A stretch of 58,885 nt of DNA from positions 1-58,885 of IMG/VR virus record IMGVR_UViG_3300028840_003635. One strand, written 5' to 3'. The notes under the pieces are model-generated. The model saw nothing but the letters and a program-made list of their open reading frames with translations, was not told the origin of the DNA and did not search any database. The first letter of the stretch is position 1. Every line of letters starts with the position of its first letter. Position numbers and translations under genes: made by a program. Shown in pieces: positions 18,177 to 29,423 of the stretch. The stretch comes from a virus (Duplodnaviria; Caudoviricetes).

Positions 18177-18191
18177 GCAATTCCCGTGCCA
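18177..18191 (-). promoter_or_regulatory. Sigma-54 (-24/-12) promoter motif heading the leftward block
   Basis: TGGCACGGGAATTGC, matches the consensus TGGCACG-N4-TTGC. Confidence 0.8.
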
Positions 18192-18359
18192 TTATACCAT
18201 TTCATAGATTTGCATAAAACCTTGATAATAAAGGCTCTATCTCTTGAAACAATACTATTATAAAAGTGTAACCTTAAAAACTGTAACCTATAAGGACACA
18301 ATAAAACCTACATAAAAAAACCCTTTAATATCAATAACTTATAGAACTAAGATTCTGTG

Positions 18360-18695
18360 TCAGATAGATACACAATTACAATAGGATACACAATTACAAA
18401 AAAAACAATAAAATACCAGGATAAAAAAATATTTAACCTAGAATAAAATCTAATATCAGGATAGATCTATAATGTTCAAAAAAAGTACAAAAATCACAAA
18501 ACTATATCTTGTGTGCAAAAATATTCATATACAATTCGTTAAAAAACGACATAAAACCCTATAAACAAAGAGTTAATCATACTACGCAATAAGTTGCATA
18601 CTATGCAAATAATTGCATATTAGTACAAAACCCTATAAACAAAGGATTTATGGCAACATAACAGCAAATAACTATGCAAATAATTGCATACTAGC
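18360..18695. repeat. AT-rich intergenic region with direct repeats and near-palindromes
   Basis: GATACACAATTACAA x2, AAAACCCTATAAACAAAG x2, TATGCAAATAATTGCATA x2 plus one variant. Confidence 0.75.
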
Positions 18696-18820
18696 TATAA
18701 AGTAATATAGAACAAGGTATTATCCCGCTATTTGGTATTGTATATCCTAAATAGATTATAATAGAATAATAAGAACTGATTACACTATAACTTGAAAGTA
18801 GAGTAGAATATAGGTATATT

Positions 18821-19300
18821 ATGAATATGGATAGAAATTCTTATACATTTTCGGAAGCGCAGAACAAAGCCATTGAACTATTTATGCAGGGAAAGAATAA
18901 AACTGATGTAGCTACCGCTTGTGAAGTTTCCAGAGCTACCGTTTATAATTGGCTAGAAATACCACAGTTTCGACATGCTATCGAAAAGGAGAGAGGAGAT
19001 TTATTTAAGAGAGCACAGGCGCAGCTTAAACATCTGTTTCATACCGGTATAAAGACAGCAGAGAGAGTACTGAATGATCCTGATAATAAGTCCTTTGCTC
19101 GTGTCTTTGAAATTATATGTAAAGCTGTCGGAGTCCTTGACGAAAAACCAAATGTTAATATCATAGTACTCAATGCTGTCGATCCTTTTGAATCCATCCA
19201 AGAGTTACAAAAGCATATCATGGACAGGGTGCCACTATTAACTGAAGAACAAAAGCAGAAATTGATCATTGATGACAGTGATACAGGGGAGGTCTCGTAG
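18821..19300 (+). CDS. HTH protein, probable terminase small subunit
   Basis: N-terminal HTH (KTDVATACEVSRATVYNW); upstream of TerL. Confidence 0.6.
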   Translation: MNMDRNSYTFSEAQNKAIELFMQGKNKTDVATACEVSRATVYNWLEIPQFRHAIEKERGDLFKRAQAQLKHLFHTGIKTAERVLNDPDNKSFARVFEIICKAVGVLDEKPNVNIIVLNAVDPFESIQELQKHIMDRVPLLTEEQKQKLIIDDSDTGEVS

Positions 19301-19548
19301 TGTGCGAAGGTATATCCCCCCCCTTGAAAAAATAGTCCAGGATGAAGAAAATATATAAGGATGCAGGTGCAGACAATATTTTTTTTACATTTTCCCGTGA
19401 GGGTGCGACGTATTGGAGTAATTGTGGTTTCGTTTAGAATGTCTGATATGTCAACAGGATCCTTTACTTATGGTTTGGGACTAGCCGAGGCTTTTCTATC
19501 TTTGAGCCAGTTAGAATCAAAGGTAGTTTTTTACATTTTCTGTGGAAT

Positions 19549-19563
19549 TGGCATGGAAGTTGC
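19549..19563 (+). promoter_or_regulatory. Sigma-54 (-24/-12) promoter motif
   Basis: TGGCATGGAAGTTGC before the block containing TerL. Confidence 0.75.
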
Positions 19564-20959
19564 ATTGTAATTTATTATGGTAATTTTATTAAATTATGAT
19601 TTTCAACCCATGTTATTTGGTATAGAAAGGAGTATGGGCATGAGGCAACCGAGTAAGGAGGAGTTTTTGAGTGCGATGTTTGGTTTTGCAGCTAAGTTAA
19701 TGTTTGCTTATACCGATGGTCGTATATCGAAGGATGAGTTTGAGGGTTTGATTGGTGAGTTTTTGAACGCAGGATTGAGGCTTTATGGGGTAAAGTGGAA
19801 GGTAGTGAAGGAGGTTCCTGATATAGTAGCGAGCATGGATTTGCATGATTAGGGAGATAAAAGATTCGGTAGCTGAGTTAGTGATTTGGCAGAAGCATTT
19901 AACCACACCTCATCAGGAGATGTCTGATGAAGAGTATGAGGTTGTGGTTGCTGGTGGCTGTCGTTGTGATTATTGCAAGGCTTGGATAAAGGAGAAAGGT
20001 TATGAAGATTGAGTTTGAGCATCATATGGGGAAGGGGAAAAGGTATACGGGTTTTGATATTTGTTGTAAGAGGATGGCTCACATTATATTTTGCAACGAA
20101 TGTACCGCTCGTCTTAGCGAAGAGGGAGAATTTGGAGATCATCTTGTTATTACGGAGAAGCGGGGAGACAGGGAGCTTCATCACGCAATGACGCATTGTA
20201 TTTATTGTGGTGAGGAGATAGAGATTATTTCCAAAACCATAGAGGAGAAGAATGATGTTACCTGATTTTTTACAGAGGCATTGGGGTTTGGTTTTAGTTC
20301 TTTTATTTGCGACTACATTGTTGGTATTTTGTGGTTGTGATACGGATGAAGAGGGCGATGATTGTGATGTACCTTCTGGTTATTATGAGGTATCGAGGTA
20401 TGTAAACAATGATTATGAGGAGATTATTTACGAGCGTGGCAATCACTGGGTGATTTGCACGACATTGGACGGTGGTGATAGTTGGAGCAAGGCAGAGCAT
20501 TGGAATTAAGCTATGAAGGAGTTATGATGGAATCAATATCAGGGGTTGTAAACGAGTTATTAGAGGCTGACAATCCTGTAGCTAAGGAGTGGATGTTATT
20601 TTGGTGTGCTTGTGGTTATATGACTGGTGCTAGGAGGGCTGAATTTTTAGAGAAGATAAATTTATGTTTAATTCATTCTAACAAGTATAATTAGGAGGTT
20701 GAATTGAGTTTTAGGGCTGGTGGAAAGCGAAGGGATTTAACAGAGCCTTCCGGTTGCGAGGATTGTGATTTTTTGGACATAAAAAAGTATTTAGGCGATT
20801 TTCCTGATATGTATATTTGTGGAATAAGGGTATGGGATTGTGAAACCGGAACGTATTACCTTGCAAACACACACAATTCACTTGATTTTGTTGAGAATAT
20901 CTCCAACAATGACAACCTAACCCATATCGAACCTCCAGACTGGTGTCCAGGAGGATAAT

Positions 20960-22462
20960 TTGGACAACAAACTTTTTGGGTTGAGAATAGTATCTAAAGC
21001 GGTAGTTGGATCTAATCTCTTGCAGGAGAAAAAGACCAATTACAAGAAGGCAATCCCTTCTTTTATGTATGATTCTGAGACTGGTGGGTTGATAAAGTTA
21101 TGCTGGATGCATGAAGAGTGGCATGATTTGTTAGATACCAGTAATTTTTCTTTTATTGCAGCGCCGAGGGATCATGGCAAGTCTGTTCAGGTGGTAACTG
21201 GTCGGGTAGCCTGCGAGATTGGCAACAATCCTAACATCAGGATTAAAATAATATCTGGAACGGAAGATCTGGCTAAAAAGAGGGTAAAGGCTATCAAGGA
21301 TATTATCGAGAACAGTCCTGAGTATCACGAATTGTATGGCAAGTTGAAACCTGCAAAGGCTTCTAACTGGGGAGATTTGAGCTTTACGGTAAAGAGAAAT
21401 ATTCCTGGTATCAAGGAGTCTACGTTAGAGGCTTTTGGTATTATGGGCACTGCTACTGGTGACAGAGCCGACTTAGTGGTCTGCGATGATATTGTTACTT
21501 TTGAGAACTCTATCGGTAAACCTAGCCAGAGAATTATGATAAAGAAGAAATTCTGGGGTGATATTGTCAGGTGGGTGGTCCCAAAGGTGGGGAGGTTATG
21601 GTATATCTGCACAATCTGGCATCAGGACGATTTATCTTCTGAAATTATGGGGAATATACATAAAAATCGTTTTAATATGAAATTTTATGCTATTAACGAG
21701 AATTGTGATCCTATTTGGGAGGAAAGGTATGACAAAAAGTATTTATTGACGTTGAGGGCTGAAAATCCTGCTGAATTTGACAGGGCTTACAGGAATATGC
21801 CTATTTCCGATGAAGATACCATTTTTAAGAGGGGATGGGTGCAAAATTCCATAAGAATTGACGATACTGAGGTGCTTTTTAACGAAAATACGAAGATTTA
21901 TGTAGGAGTTGACCTTGCTATATCTAAGAAAACTACTGCTGATTATACGGTAATAATGGTATTAGGTATTGATAGCGAGACAGACAAGATGTTTCCTATA
22001 GAGATGGTCCGTAAACAGGGGATGAGTTCGCCGGAAACGGCAAGAGCAGTGTTAAATATAGTGAAAAAGTGGAGACCTTCTCTTGTTTATGTTGAAAACA
22101 ATGCTTATCAGTCTAGTTTATTGGAATGGATGGAGGATTTACAGGATACAGAAGAATGGAAGTCTAACAAGTGGATAATTCCTAATGTTATGGGGTTCAG
22201 GACTGGATCTCAAAAGCATGATATGTTTGAGGGGCTTCCTTCTATGGCTAACGAGTTTCATAACGGATTATGGACTATTTGCAACCATAAAAACCCGTTA
22301 ATAGAGGGTGAGTCTCCATGTGATAACGATAATTGCATGTGCAAGTTAATAGATGAGCTTATTCATTATCCTTTTGGGACAAAGGATGATTGTGTGATGA
22401 GTTTATGGCTTGCGAGGATGGCAGCAAAGAAGGATTTAAGTTTCTTTTTTACTTATGCATAG
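20960..22462 (+). CDS. terL: Terminase large subunit
   Basis: Walker A APRDHGKS, Walker B VVCDD, nuclease GVDLA and C-terminal DDCV. Confidence 0.92.
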   Translation: MDNKLFGLRIVSKAVVGSNLLQEKKTNYKKAIPSFMYDSETGGLIKLCWMHEEWHDLLDTSNFSFIAAPRDHGKSVQVVTGRVACEIGNNPNIRIKIISGTEDLAKKRVKAIKDIIENSPEYHELYGKLKPAKASNWGDLSFTVKRNIPGIKESTLEAFGIMGTATGDRADLVVCDDIVTFENSIGKPSQRIMIKKKFWGDIVRWVVPKVGRLWYICTIWHQDDLSSEIMGNIHKNRFNMKFYAINENCDPIWEERYDKKYLLTLRAENPAEFDRAYRNMPISDEDTIFKRGWVQNSIRIDDTEVLFNENTKIYVGVDLAISKKTTADYTVIMVLGIDSETDKMFPIEMVRKQGMSSPETARAVLNIVKKWRPSLVYVENNAYQSSLLEWMEDLQDTEEWKSNKWIIPNVMGFRTGSQKHDMFEGLPSMANEFHNGLWTICNHKNPLIEGESPCDNDNCMCKLIDELIHYPFGTKDDCVMSLWLARMAAKKDLSFFFTYA

Positions 22463-22922
22463 GAGGATATTATGGACATTATAGAAAAGGTCAATAAGGC
22501 AATTGACGGTAGCAAAAATTATCCCAAAGAGATGTATATGAACATTAACACATATCTTTCGTTTATTATGGGGGCAAAAGATTCCTTAGAGAGGGTAGAA
22601 TATCATGGGGGATGCAAGTTTCCATCATATATTGGCATTATTTTGCTTATTGACAACAGAATGAAAGACATGGACGTTGCTTTCAATTAAATAAGGAGAA
22701 AAATGTTGTGCCAAAAATAAAAATAATATCAATAGCTCAAACCTTTCGGTGTCCATACAGGGCAGAGAGAAGGTTTCGGCTTCCCGAATCGCATGGGAAA
22801 GAGGTCGATTTTATAGATTTTTTATGTATTCATCCCGCAACAACGATAAACCATTCTTTGTTGCAGGTTTGTGGTGATAAATTTCCCTTAAATTGTCCTT
22901 TAAAAGACGGAAATGATGAAAC

Positions 22923-22958
22923 AAATTACCAGTAAACGTCAACATTTACTGGTAATTT
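22923..22958. other. Inverted repeat with perfect 14-bp arms
   Basis: AAATTACCAGTAAA ... TTTACTGGTAATTT. Confidence 0.6.
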
Positions 22959-23230
22959 CCAACATTTAATTTTTATGAGTAAATACCCAGATCCTAAGTG
23001 TAATTTTAATAAATGCACCAAAAAACCCAAACCGTATCGCTATGGGAACGATATTTGGTGGTTTTGTGATGAGCATTTTGAGAATTTCAAGAAAATACTG
23101 ACAGAAGAAGATAAAGAGCACTTCGTCCCACCACAACATCGCAAAAATTTTTACAAAACTTGAAAAGTTAAATAAGTAGATATATCTATATATTCAGAGA
23201 TGTTCAAATTTTGAACAAAAAGAGGAATAT

Positions 23231-23578
23231 ATGCCGATATATCCATTTTTTTGTGATTGCGGTTTTAAAATTGACCTGAACGGTAGTGTTGATAGTATTC
23301 CTTTACCTCCAAAATGTCCCAAATGCGGACAAAAAACTTTCCGAAATTATGCAGAGCAGGGTTGTGGTATAGTTTTGAACGGTCTCGGATGGGCAAGAGA
23401 TGGATATTCGGGAGATATAGACGACGCGGAAGATAAATGGTTAAAGGATGGGAAGAAAGTTGGACACTGGGCGGGAACAGACAGGGGATATCCGAAAGAC
23501 CCGACAACGGGAAGGATTGACAAGACAAAAATCCCTGGCAAGAAGAGGAAGAAAAAGCCTAAACTTTATGTTCCCTGA
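23231..23578 (+). CDS. FmdB-like zinc-ribbon protein
   Basis: MPIYPFFCDCG...CPKCG...GLGW. Confidence 0.8.
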   Translation: MPIYPFFCDCGFKIDLNGSVDSIPLPPKCPKCGQKTFRNYAEQGCGIVLNGLGWARDGYSGDIDDAEDKWLKDGKKVGHWAGTDRGYPKDPTTGRIDKTKIPGKKRKKKPKLYVP

Positions 23579-23631
23579 AAGACCGGAGTTATGGTATGGG
23601 GGAGCACCTTCTATAATAGACAAGGTTTTGC

Positions 23632-25350
23632 ATGGGCATATTAGACGTATTTAAAAGAAAAGGTGGCAAAGAAGGACATCCTCCTGTAGAGCTAACTGCT
23701 TTTGAGAAAGCGAAAAGCGGAGCTGTTGTCTCTGGAATAGAGCCTGGACCTGCTCAGTGGTTTACCTACTTTACTGGTAAATCTGGAACACAGAGAGCCG
23801 GCAAGATGCTTACCTGGGATGAAATGCGAACTTTTTATTTAATGGTTCCAGCCTTATCTTCCAGCATAAACAGCATAGCGAGAGAAATATCAAATATGCA
23901 GTGGTCGATAGTGCCAAGAGAGCAGGGGATGAAGGTTCCTTTAAAGGTTATCAGGGATGCAACGCTATTTTTCCAGAATCCTAATTCTATGAAGCGTCCT
24001 TTTTCTCAGTTTATATACGTATTAACAAAAGGTTTGGGGTTATACTCCAGAAGTGCTATAGAGAACGCATTTGATCGGAATGACAATCTTGTGGAGATTT
24101 ATGCAAGGGATGCCAGCACAATAGTGCCATTGGTTGACGAGCATGGGATAATTCATGGATACAAGCAGATAATATATGGTGGTGGAGGGCATACAAGGCA
24201 TACGGTTAATTTTACAACAGATCAGCTTGTTTTTATAGAATACAACCCTGATGATTATGCTTTTGGTGGAGCACCTATAATTGACGGGTTGATAAATGTT
24301 TGCAAGGCTATAATAAATTCTATTTCTTATATTGCCAAGAATTTAGATTATAACGAAATACCTCCTGGTTTAGCGTGGGCTAAGGGATGGACGCAGAAGC
24401 AGGCTGATATGTTTGCAAAGAGCATGAAGGCAAAACGTGATGGAGCCAGAGTAGATTTCGAGTTTCCTATAATTGGTGGAGTTGACGAGTTTCACTGGGA
24501 GCAGTTCAAAAAGGATTCTAAGGAGACGAGGGAGCTTGAAAGTTTAAACAAGATGGAGAAGATAGTCCATCAGGCTTATGGGATTACTTCTGTGGAATCC
24601 GGAGAAGTTCAGGATGTCAACAGGGCTACGGCTTTAACTCAGATTACTATAGGTCAGTCAAAACTTATAAGACCTATGGTAGATTTACTTACTGACGAAA
24701 TAAATCAGGGAATTATCTGGAGTCATATTGATGACAGGATAAAGATAAAAGCAGAGCCTAATGTTCACAGGACAAGAGAGAAGATAATTCAGGAGAATGA
24801 AACTTTAATACCTCTGGGTTTAAGAACAGTAAATGAAGGCAGAGAGTTGTTAGGGGAGTCTAAGCTAGACGGAGGAGATAACGCAGTATTTATAATAGGT
24901 GGAACATTGATAAAAGTTTCTGATTTAGATAAGGAGTCTGTAGAAGTAAATCCAATGAACGTAAATACAAACCAGCCGTCCAAAAATCAGGCGGATAGTT
25001 CGAAGGTTGATGCTGATGTAAAGAAAATCTTTCAGGACAGAAAATATACTTTTTTAAAGAGCTATATAGGTGAATATTCAAGAGAAAAGGGCAACGTAAA
25101 AAACTCAGTCAATGAGACTGCAAACCATCTAAGGCAAAAGCTGTTTGATTATGATAAATCTAAGATGAATGTTAAGGAATTTTATAATATTATGTCAAAT
25201 GCCCTAAAAACACATCAGCATTTGTCTAAAAAAGGGTATTTAACAGAAAAGGAAGCGGAAGAAGATAGAAATGCGATAAGCGCAAGAATATCAAGGGCTT
25301 ACGATGAGTTTGCTTTTGATTTTATAAAAAACAAAGGAGAGAATAAATGA
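23632..25350 (+). CDS. Portal protein
   Basis: SSINSIAREIS, FQNPN and TVNEGRELLG motifs of HK97-type portals; follows TerL. Confidence 0.9.
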   Translation: MGILDVFKRKGGKEGHPPVELTAFEKAKSGAVVSGIEPGPAQWFTYFTGKSGTQRAGKMLTWDEMRTFYLMVPALSSSINSIAREISNMQWSIVPREQGMKVPLKVIRDATLFFQNPNSMKRPFSQFIYVLTKGLGLYSRSAIENAFDRNDNLVEIYARDASTIVPLVDEHGIIHGYKQIIYGGGGHTRHTVNFTTDQLVFIEYNPDDYAFGGAPIIDGLINVCKAIINSISYIAKNLDYNEIPPGLAWAKGWTQKQADMFAKSMKAKRDGARVDFEFPIIGGVDEFHWEQFKKDSKETRELESLNKMEKIVHQAYGITSVESGEVQDVNRATALTQITIGQSKLIRPMVDLLTDEINQGIIWSHIDDRIKIKAEPNVHRTREKIIQENETLIPLGLRTVNEGRELLGESKLDGGDNAVFIIGGTLIKVSDLDKESVEVNPMNVNTNQPSKNQADSSKVDADVKKIFQDRKYTFLKSYIGEYSREKGNVKNSVNETANHLRQKLFDYDKSKMNVKEFYNIMSNALKTHQHLSKKGYLTEKEAEEDRNAISARISRAYDEFAFDFIKNKGENK

Positions 25351-25503
25351 ATTTTGAAGATTACATGAAGCAATATTATAAAGAGAAATATGGAACAGAG
25401 GATTATCCTAAAGAGATAAGCAGGTATATGGGGGCAGATTTTTCAAACTGGATGAATTTCAAGCTCATCGAGACCATGCTTGAGCTGATAAAGGTGATAA
25501 AAG

Positions 25504-26196
25504 ATGAACGAAAAAATTAAAAACATGATTTTCGGTTTTTTAAAGAACGGAACCGAAATGGTCAGAGATGCTAAGAACTCTGATAAGGTGATCTGGGGAG
25601 ACGGTAGTAAATCCAGAATAAAAGAAGTAGATTTTCAGAAAGACCTCTCTGACAATGTTTTTTCTGATGATATTATAGATGATGAGCCTACAACCAAAAA
25701 CATTTATTTCCATGATTCTGTAGACACGTATTCTGTTCAAAGGTTGATCATGGATTTACGGTATATTTCTGAAAAGCAGATGGAGAAAACGAAGGATATA
25801 TGGTTGTATATTAACAGTTCCGGTGGGGACTTGCTTGCAGGCTTTAGTGCTATGGATGAAATTCATAATATTGCTCAAAAAATACCTGTATATACGGTTA
25901 TTGACAACAGGGCTGCTTCTGCAGCAACACTTATGAGCATTGCAGGGACAAAAAGATACATTAAAAGCAACGGATTTATATTGATACATGAATTATCGAG
26001 CATTATGGTAGGTAAATACTCTCAGATGAAGGACGAGATTAGCAATATGGATATGTTTATGGGGAAAGTTAAGGATGCTTACAAGAAGTTTACCAAAGTT
26101 CCAGAAGATTCCCTTGATGAAATATTAAAGCACGATATCTGGTGGGACGCAGAAAAAGCGTTGGAATATGGGCTTGTGGACGTGGTAATTTCATAG
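25504..26196 (+). CDS. ClpP-like protease
   Basis: LYINSSGG, AASAA, LIHE and AEKALEYGLVD motifs. Confidence 0.9.
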   Translation: MNEKIKNMIFGFLKNGTEMVRDAKNSDKVIWGDGSKSRIKEVDFQKDLSDNVFSDDIIDDEPTTKNIYFHDSVDTYSVQRLIMDLRYISEKQMEKTKDIWLYINSSGGDLLAGFSAMDEIHNIAQKIPVYTVIDNRAASAATLMSIAGTKRYIKSNGFILIHELSSIMVGKYSQMKDEISNMDMFMGKVKDAYKKFTKVPEDSLDEILKHDIWWDAEKALEYGLVDVVIS

Positions 26197-26209
26197 GTGG
26201 TGATGAAGG

Positions 26210-26680
26210 ATGTTTATTGACGACAAGGATAAATTAGTAGAAGTTGTAAAAAAGAAAGATGTTGAGATTAACAAGGTTAATATGGAGAAAAGCCTTGTTG
26301 GCGGGGTGCTTATACGGTCTGATGAACCTGACCTTGAAGGGTGGATAACTCCTTATGAAGTTACAGAGGACACTGCTCATGATTATATGGAGAACTGTCA
26401 GGTATTAGGATACATGCATGGGGATATAAGAAATCTAAACGATGATGGAATTGGTTTTGAAGTTCCAGGTGCAACAAAGTATGCTTCGGTAGTTGACAGC
26501 ATGTTTTTTAGCCAGGAAGTTATAGATATGGTTAAGAACGGAGATATAAAGGCAGGGGACTGGTTTTTAGTTGCCAGAGTTCACGATGAAAAGGTAAAAG
26601 AGCAGATTGAAAATGGAGAGATAAAATCCTTTTCTATAGCAGGAAAAGCGTTGATACCGGAGGAGGATGATGATGCCTAA
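26210..26680 (+). CDS. XkdF-like prohead protease domain
   Basis: PDLEG...AHDYM...MH...GDW...GEIKSFSIAG. Confidence 0.75.
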   Translation: MFIDDKDKLVEVVKKKDVEINKVNMEKSLVGGVLIRSDEPDLEGWITPYEVTEDTAHDYMENCQVLGYMHGDIRNLNDDGIGFEVPGATKYASVVDSMFFSQEVIDMVKNGDIKAGDWFLVARVHDEKVKEQIENGEIKSFSIAGKALIPEEDDDA

Positions 26681-27344
26681 GAACAAAAAGAAAACTTATG
26701 ACAAGACAGTTAACGTAAAAGGATATTTCTTGGACGAAGCATCTTTTGTAGACGAGGGTGCTAATGGTCAGGTGTTTAATTTTTTTAAGAGACTGGATAA
26801 AGGTGGTGCAGAAGATATGGATGAAGACGTAAAAAAGGTAGAGAAAGACATAGTTCCTCCGAACGCTAAAACACATGAGGAAGCATCGGTTCCTACTCAG
26901 AAAGCAGTAGATGAATGGAAAGCCAAGAATGAGGCTTTGCAAAAGGAATTGGATAACACAGAAGAAGAAACTCCTCCTGTAGCGGATAGTGGCGGTAGCG
27001 ACTTTGCGATGGCTCAGGCAGGTACGTTACTAGAGACAGAGGAAGTTGTTCCTGTAATGGAAGAGGTTTCGACAGTTGCTCAGGAGATAGCAACATTAAA
27101 GAAAGAGAATTTGAGGTTAGAGCTTGAAGCCTTGAAGGCTGAGAACGAGATGTTGAAACAGAGACTTCCGCAGGTCAGAGGGTTTAATCAAAATTCTACT
27201 CCGAGACCGCAGGGACCAGAAGTGAAAGCAGAGGACAAACCGAAACCTCCTGTAAAGCCAGGCGAACTTAGTGCAAATGGACTGTTTAGCATAACAGATG
27301 AACTTTCCAATGATTTTGCCAAAGCTGGCATTATATCAGGATAA
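26667..27344 (+). CDS. Scaffold protein with N-terminal protease-like segment
   Basis: EASFVDEGAN motif, acidic low-complexity region and coiled coil; precedes the capsid gene. Confidence 0.6.
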   Translation: MMMPKNKKKTYDKTVNVKGYFLDEASFVDEGANGQVFNFFKRLDKGGAEDMDEDVKKVEKDIVPPNAKTHEEASVPTQKAVDEWKAKNEALQKELDNTEEETPPVADSGGSDFAMAQAGTLLETEEVVPVMEEVSTVAQEIATLKKENLRLELEALKAENEMLKQRLPQVRGFNQNSTPRPQGPEVKAEDKPKPPVKPGELSANGLFSITDELSNDFAKAGIISG

Positions 27345-27374
27345 CTTAACTTTAAAGATAACGAGGTGAAATAA

Positions 27375-28349
27375 ATGGCTTTTCCAAGTTACGATGAGTT
27401 GTATCGACAGGATTTAGTCGATGTGTCAAAAGCTCTGACGACTTCTAATACGGCTGCCATTCCTGTATTTTTACCCGAAAAGATAACAGCGCTTGCAAAT
27501 TACAAAAACCCTTTCAGGGCTGAACTTCAAAGAAAGAATCAGCCAATGGGTAGTGTTTACAAGGTAGTAAGGGCTGCTTCGGGTACTGCGGACTGGTTGG
27601 CGGACGGAACAGATCCGACAGACAGAACTGGTGATCCGGCAGATACCGACTTTGCTTTTAAGCGAGTTGCTGCAAGGATCAAAATCACACAATTTAGACG
27701 GGCAATGTCTGGTACAGGACGACCTGGTATTGACCTGTTTGTTGATGAAATCAGACGTAAGGTAATGGACATCCGAGATGTTGAGGACTTAGCGTATTGC
27801 GTTGGTGCGTCTGCTACAGGACAGAACAATCCTCAGGGATTGAAGTATCTTATAGGGGATGCGCAGAGAGTATTGATGGGTTCTTGTACGGCAGGAACCA
27901 CGTTGACCCTTAAAAAGATTGATGAAACGATGGACAAGTGTGCTCCTATGAGTCCTGATTTTGCGGTAACATCACTTGCAATCAGGCGAGAATTGCACGC
28001 ATTGCTTCAGGATCAACAGCGTTATGTTAATGTTACCACTACAGCACGTGGTGGGTTTGCCCTGATGACCTATGCTGATGCTTATGTTTTCCCATCAACT
28101 AATATGAGTATTACGCAGAATTTTAACGGAACTTCTGAGGGCGATGAAACTGGTGGAACAACTGGCTCTATATATTTCGGTAATTTCGATACGTTTTATG
28201 TCGGGATACTGGCAAACGCGGACATGAAGGTTACACCGACAATGCTCGGAACAACTATTTGGGATTCGGTAGATATCGAGAGTTGGGAAACGACTGTACT
28301 TGAACATACAGGTGAGGTTTCCAAGCTAATCGGTATCGGTTACAGTTAA
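27375..28349 (+). CDS. Major capsid protein
   Basis: Position after protease/scaffold, 324 aa, GLK...TLTLKKIDE pattern of HK97-fold capsids, strong RBS GAGGTG. Confidence 0.8.
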   Translation: MAFPSYDELYRQDLVDVSKALTTSNTAAIPVFLPEKITALANYKNPFRAELQRKNQPMGSVYKVVRAASGTADWLADGTDPTDRTGDPADTDFAFKRVAARIKITQFRRAMSGTGRPGIDLFVDEIRRKVMDIRDVEDLAYCVGASATGQNNPQGLKYLIGDAQRVLMGSCTAGTTLTLKKIDETMDKCAPMSPDFAVTSLAIRRELHALLQDQQRYVNVTTTARGGFALMTYADAYVFPSTNMSITQNFNGTSEGDETGGTTGSIYFGNFDTFYVGILANADMKVTPTMLGTTIWDSVDIESWETTVLEHTGEVSKLIGIGYS

Positions 28350-28368
28350 TAACAGATAAGGGGATAGT

Positions 28369-28437
28369 TTATGGGAGTCAGGTTTATAAACCGTCCAAGT
28401 CTTTCTCCTACTTGCGAAGGCTCCCATAAGTTTTTTT
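28369..28437 (+). terminator. Branched stem-loop with T-tract after the capsid gene
   Basis: TTATGGGAGTC/GGCTCCCATAA closing stem, two internal hairpins, T7 tract. Confidence 0.5.
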
Positions 28438-28449
28438 AAAGGAGACGTT

Positions 28450-28821
28450 ATGAGATTTTTAAAGTTTAACAATACAAGATGGAATGTTCGGATAACAACT
28501 CATGCAACTGGAATGAGTATTCCCGTAGTTGATGGCTATGTAAGCATAGATAATTTGATGAGTATCGAGGCTGTTCAAAGGGAAGGACTTGAAAAGATAC
28601 TGATAGCTTTGAAAAAGAAATATCATCTGTCAGAGGTTGATGAATCTACGGTTCCTGATGAAGTTAAGGAGAAGATGGGTATATATACAAAGCCTCAAGT
28701 TAAAAAAGAAAAGGTTGTTTTAAAGAACGTCAAAGAGTGCAAGGGATGCGGAAGAATATTTTCATACAGTCATCATTTTGAAAAGTATTGTGATGAGTGC
28801 AAGGAAAAGAGAAAGAAATAA
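28450..28821 (+). CDS. Hypothetical protein with C-terminal zinc ribbon
   Basis: CKGC...CDEC. Confidence 0.65.
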   Translation: MRFLKFNNTRWNVRITTHATGMSIPVVDGYVSIDNLMSIEAVQREGLEKILIALKKKYHLSEVDESTVPDEVKEKMGIYTKPQVKKEKVVLKNVKECKGCGRIFSYSHHFEKYCDECKEKRKK

Positions 28822-29423
28822 TGGCTACCAAGACGTTAGTAGAGTTGAAGGATGTTATAAATTATCTAAGGATAGATCCTCCTGAAGATAAATACCATGA
28901 TGAATTAGATTTGATATTGAAGAACTGTAGCGGGACTATACTGGAAAAAATATCAAGAGACATCTTTATTCAGACTTATACTAACGAATATCACGATATT
29001 GACAGGGACACCTATACTATATTCACGAATCAGTATCCAGTTGATAGCATAACCACAATAACGGAGAACGGGACGGCTTTAACAGAGGACACAACTTACA
29101 AGTTAAATAAGAGCTTAGGGGAAATTCACAGAGTAAGCAGTAGCAACTCATCTTCAGATACGACCTTTTATCAGGGAGGTAAGATGGTCTGCATAACTTA
29201 CAAAGCAGGTTATAATAACCATGAGATACCGTATGCTTTAAAGCAGGCTTGTTTGGAGTTGTGTCATTTTAAGTTTTACCAGAGAGATGGAGGTGCTTTG
29301 GAGAGGATATCGTTTGGTGCAACAAGGGGAGATACGGGAGTAACGGTGAGGAAGATGAAAGAAGGCTTGCCGGAGAATGTATATTATCTAATATTACCTC
29401 ACATGGATACAAGGGTGAAATAA
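28821..29423 (+). CDS. Head-tail connector/adaptor
   Basis: LKDVINYLRI, ITYKAGY and IPYALKQAC motifs. Confidence 0.8.
   Translation: MATKTLVELKDVINYLRIDPPEDKYHDELDLILKNCSGTILEKISRDIFIQTYTNEYHDIDRDTYTIFTNQYPVDSITTITENGTALTEDTTYKLNKSLGEIHRVSSSNSSSDTTFYQGGKMVCITYKAGYNNHEIPYALKQACLELCHFKFYQRDGGALERISFGATRGDTGVTVRKMKEGLPENVYYLILPHMDTRVK

Noticed and set aside
18651-18665. Additional sigma-54 motif TGGCAACATAACAGC
   Set aside because: Spacing fits but it lacks TTGC and the C/T after GGCA; too weak to count.
22633-22647. TGGCATTATTTTGC as a sigma-54 promoter
   Set aside because: GG-N9-GC spacing is wrong and it lies within an ORF.
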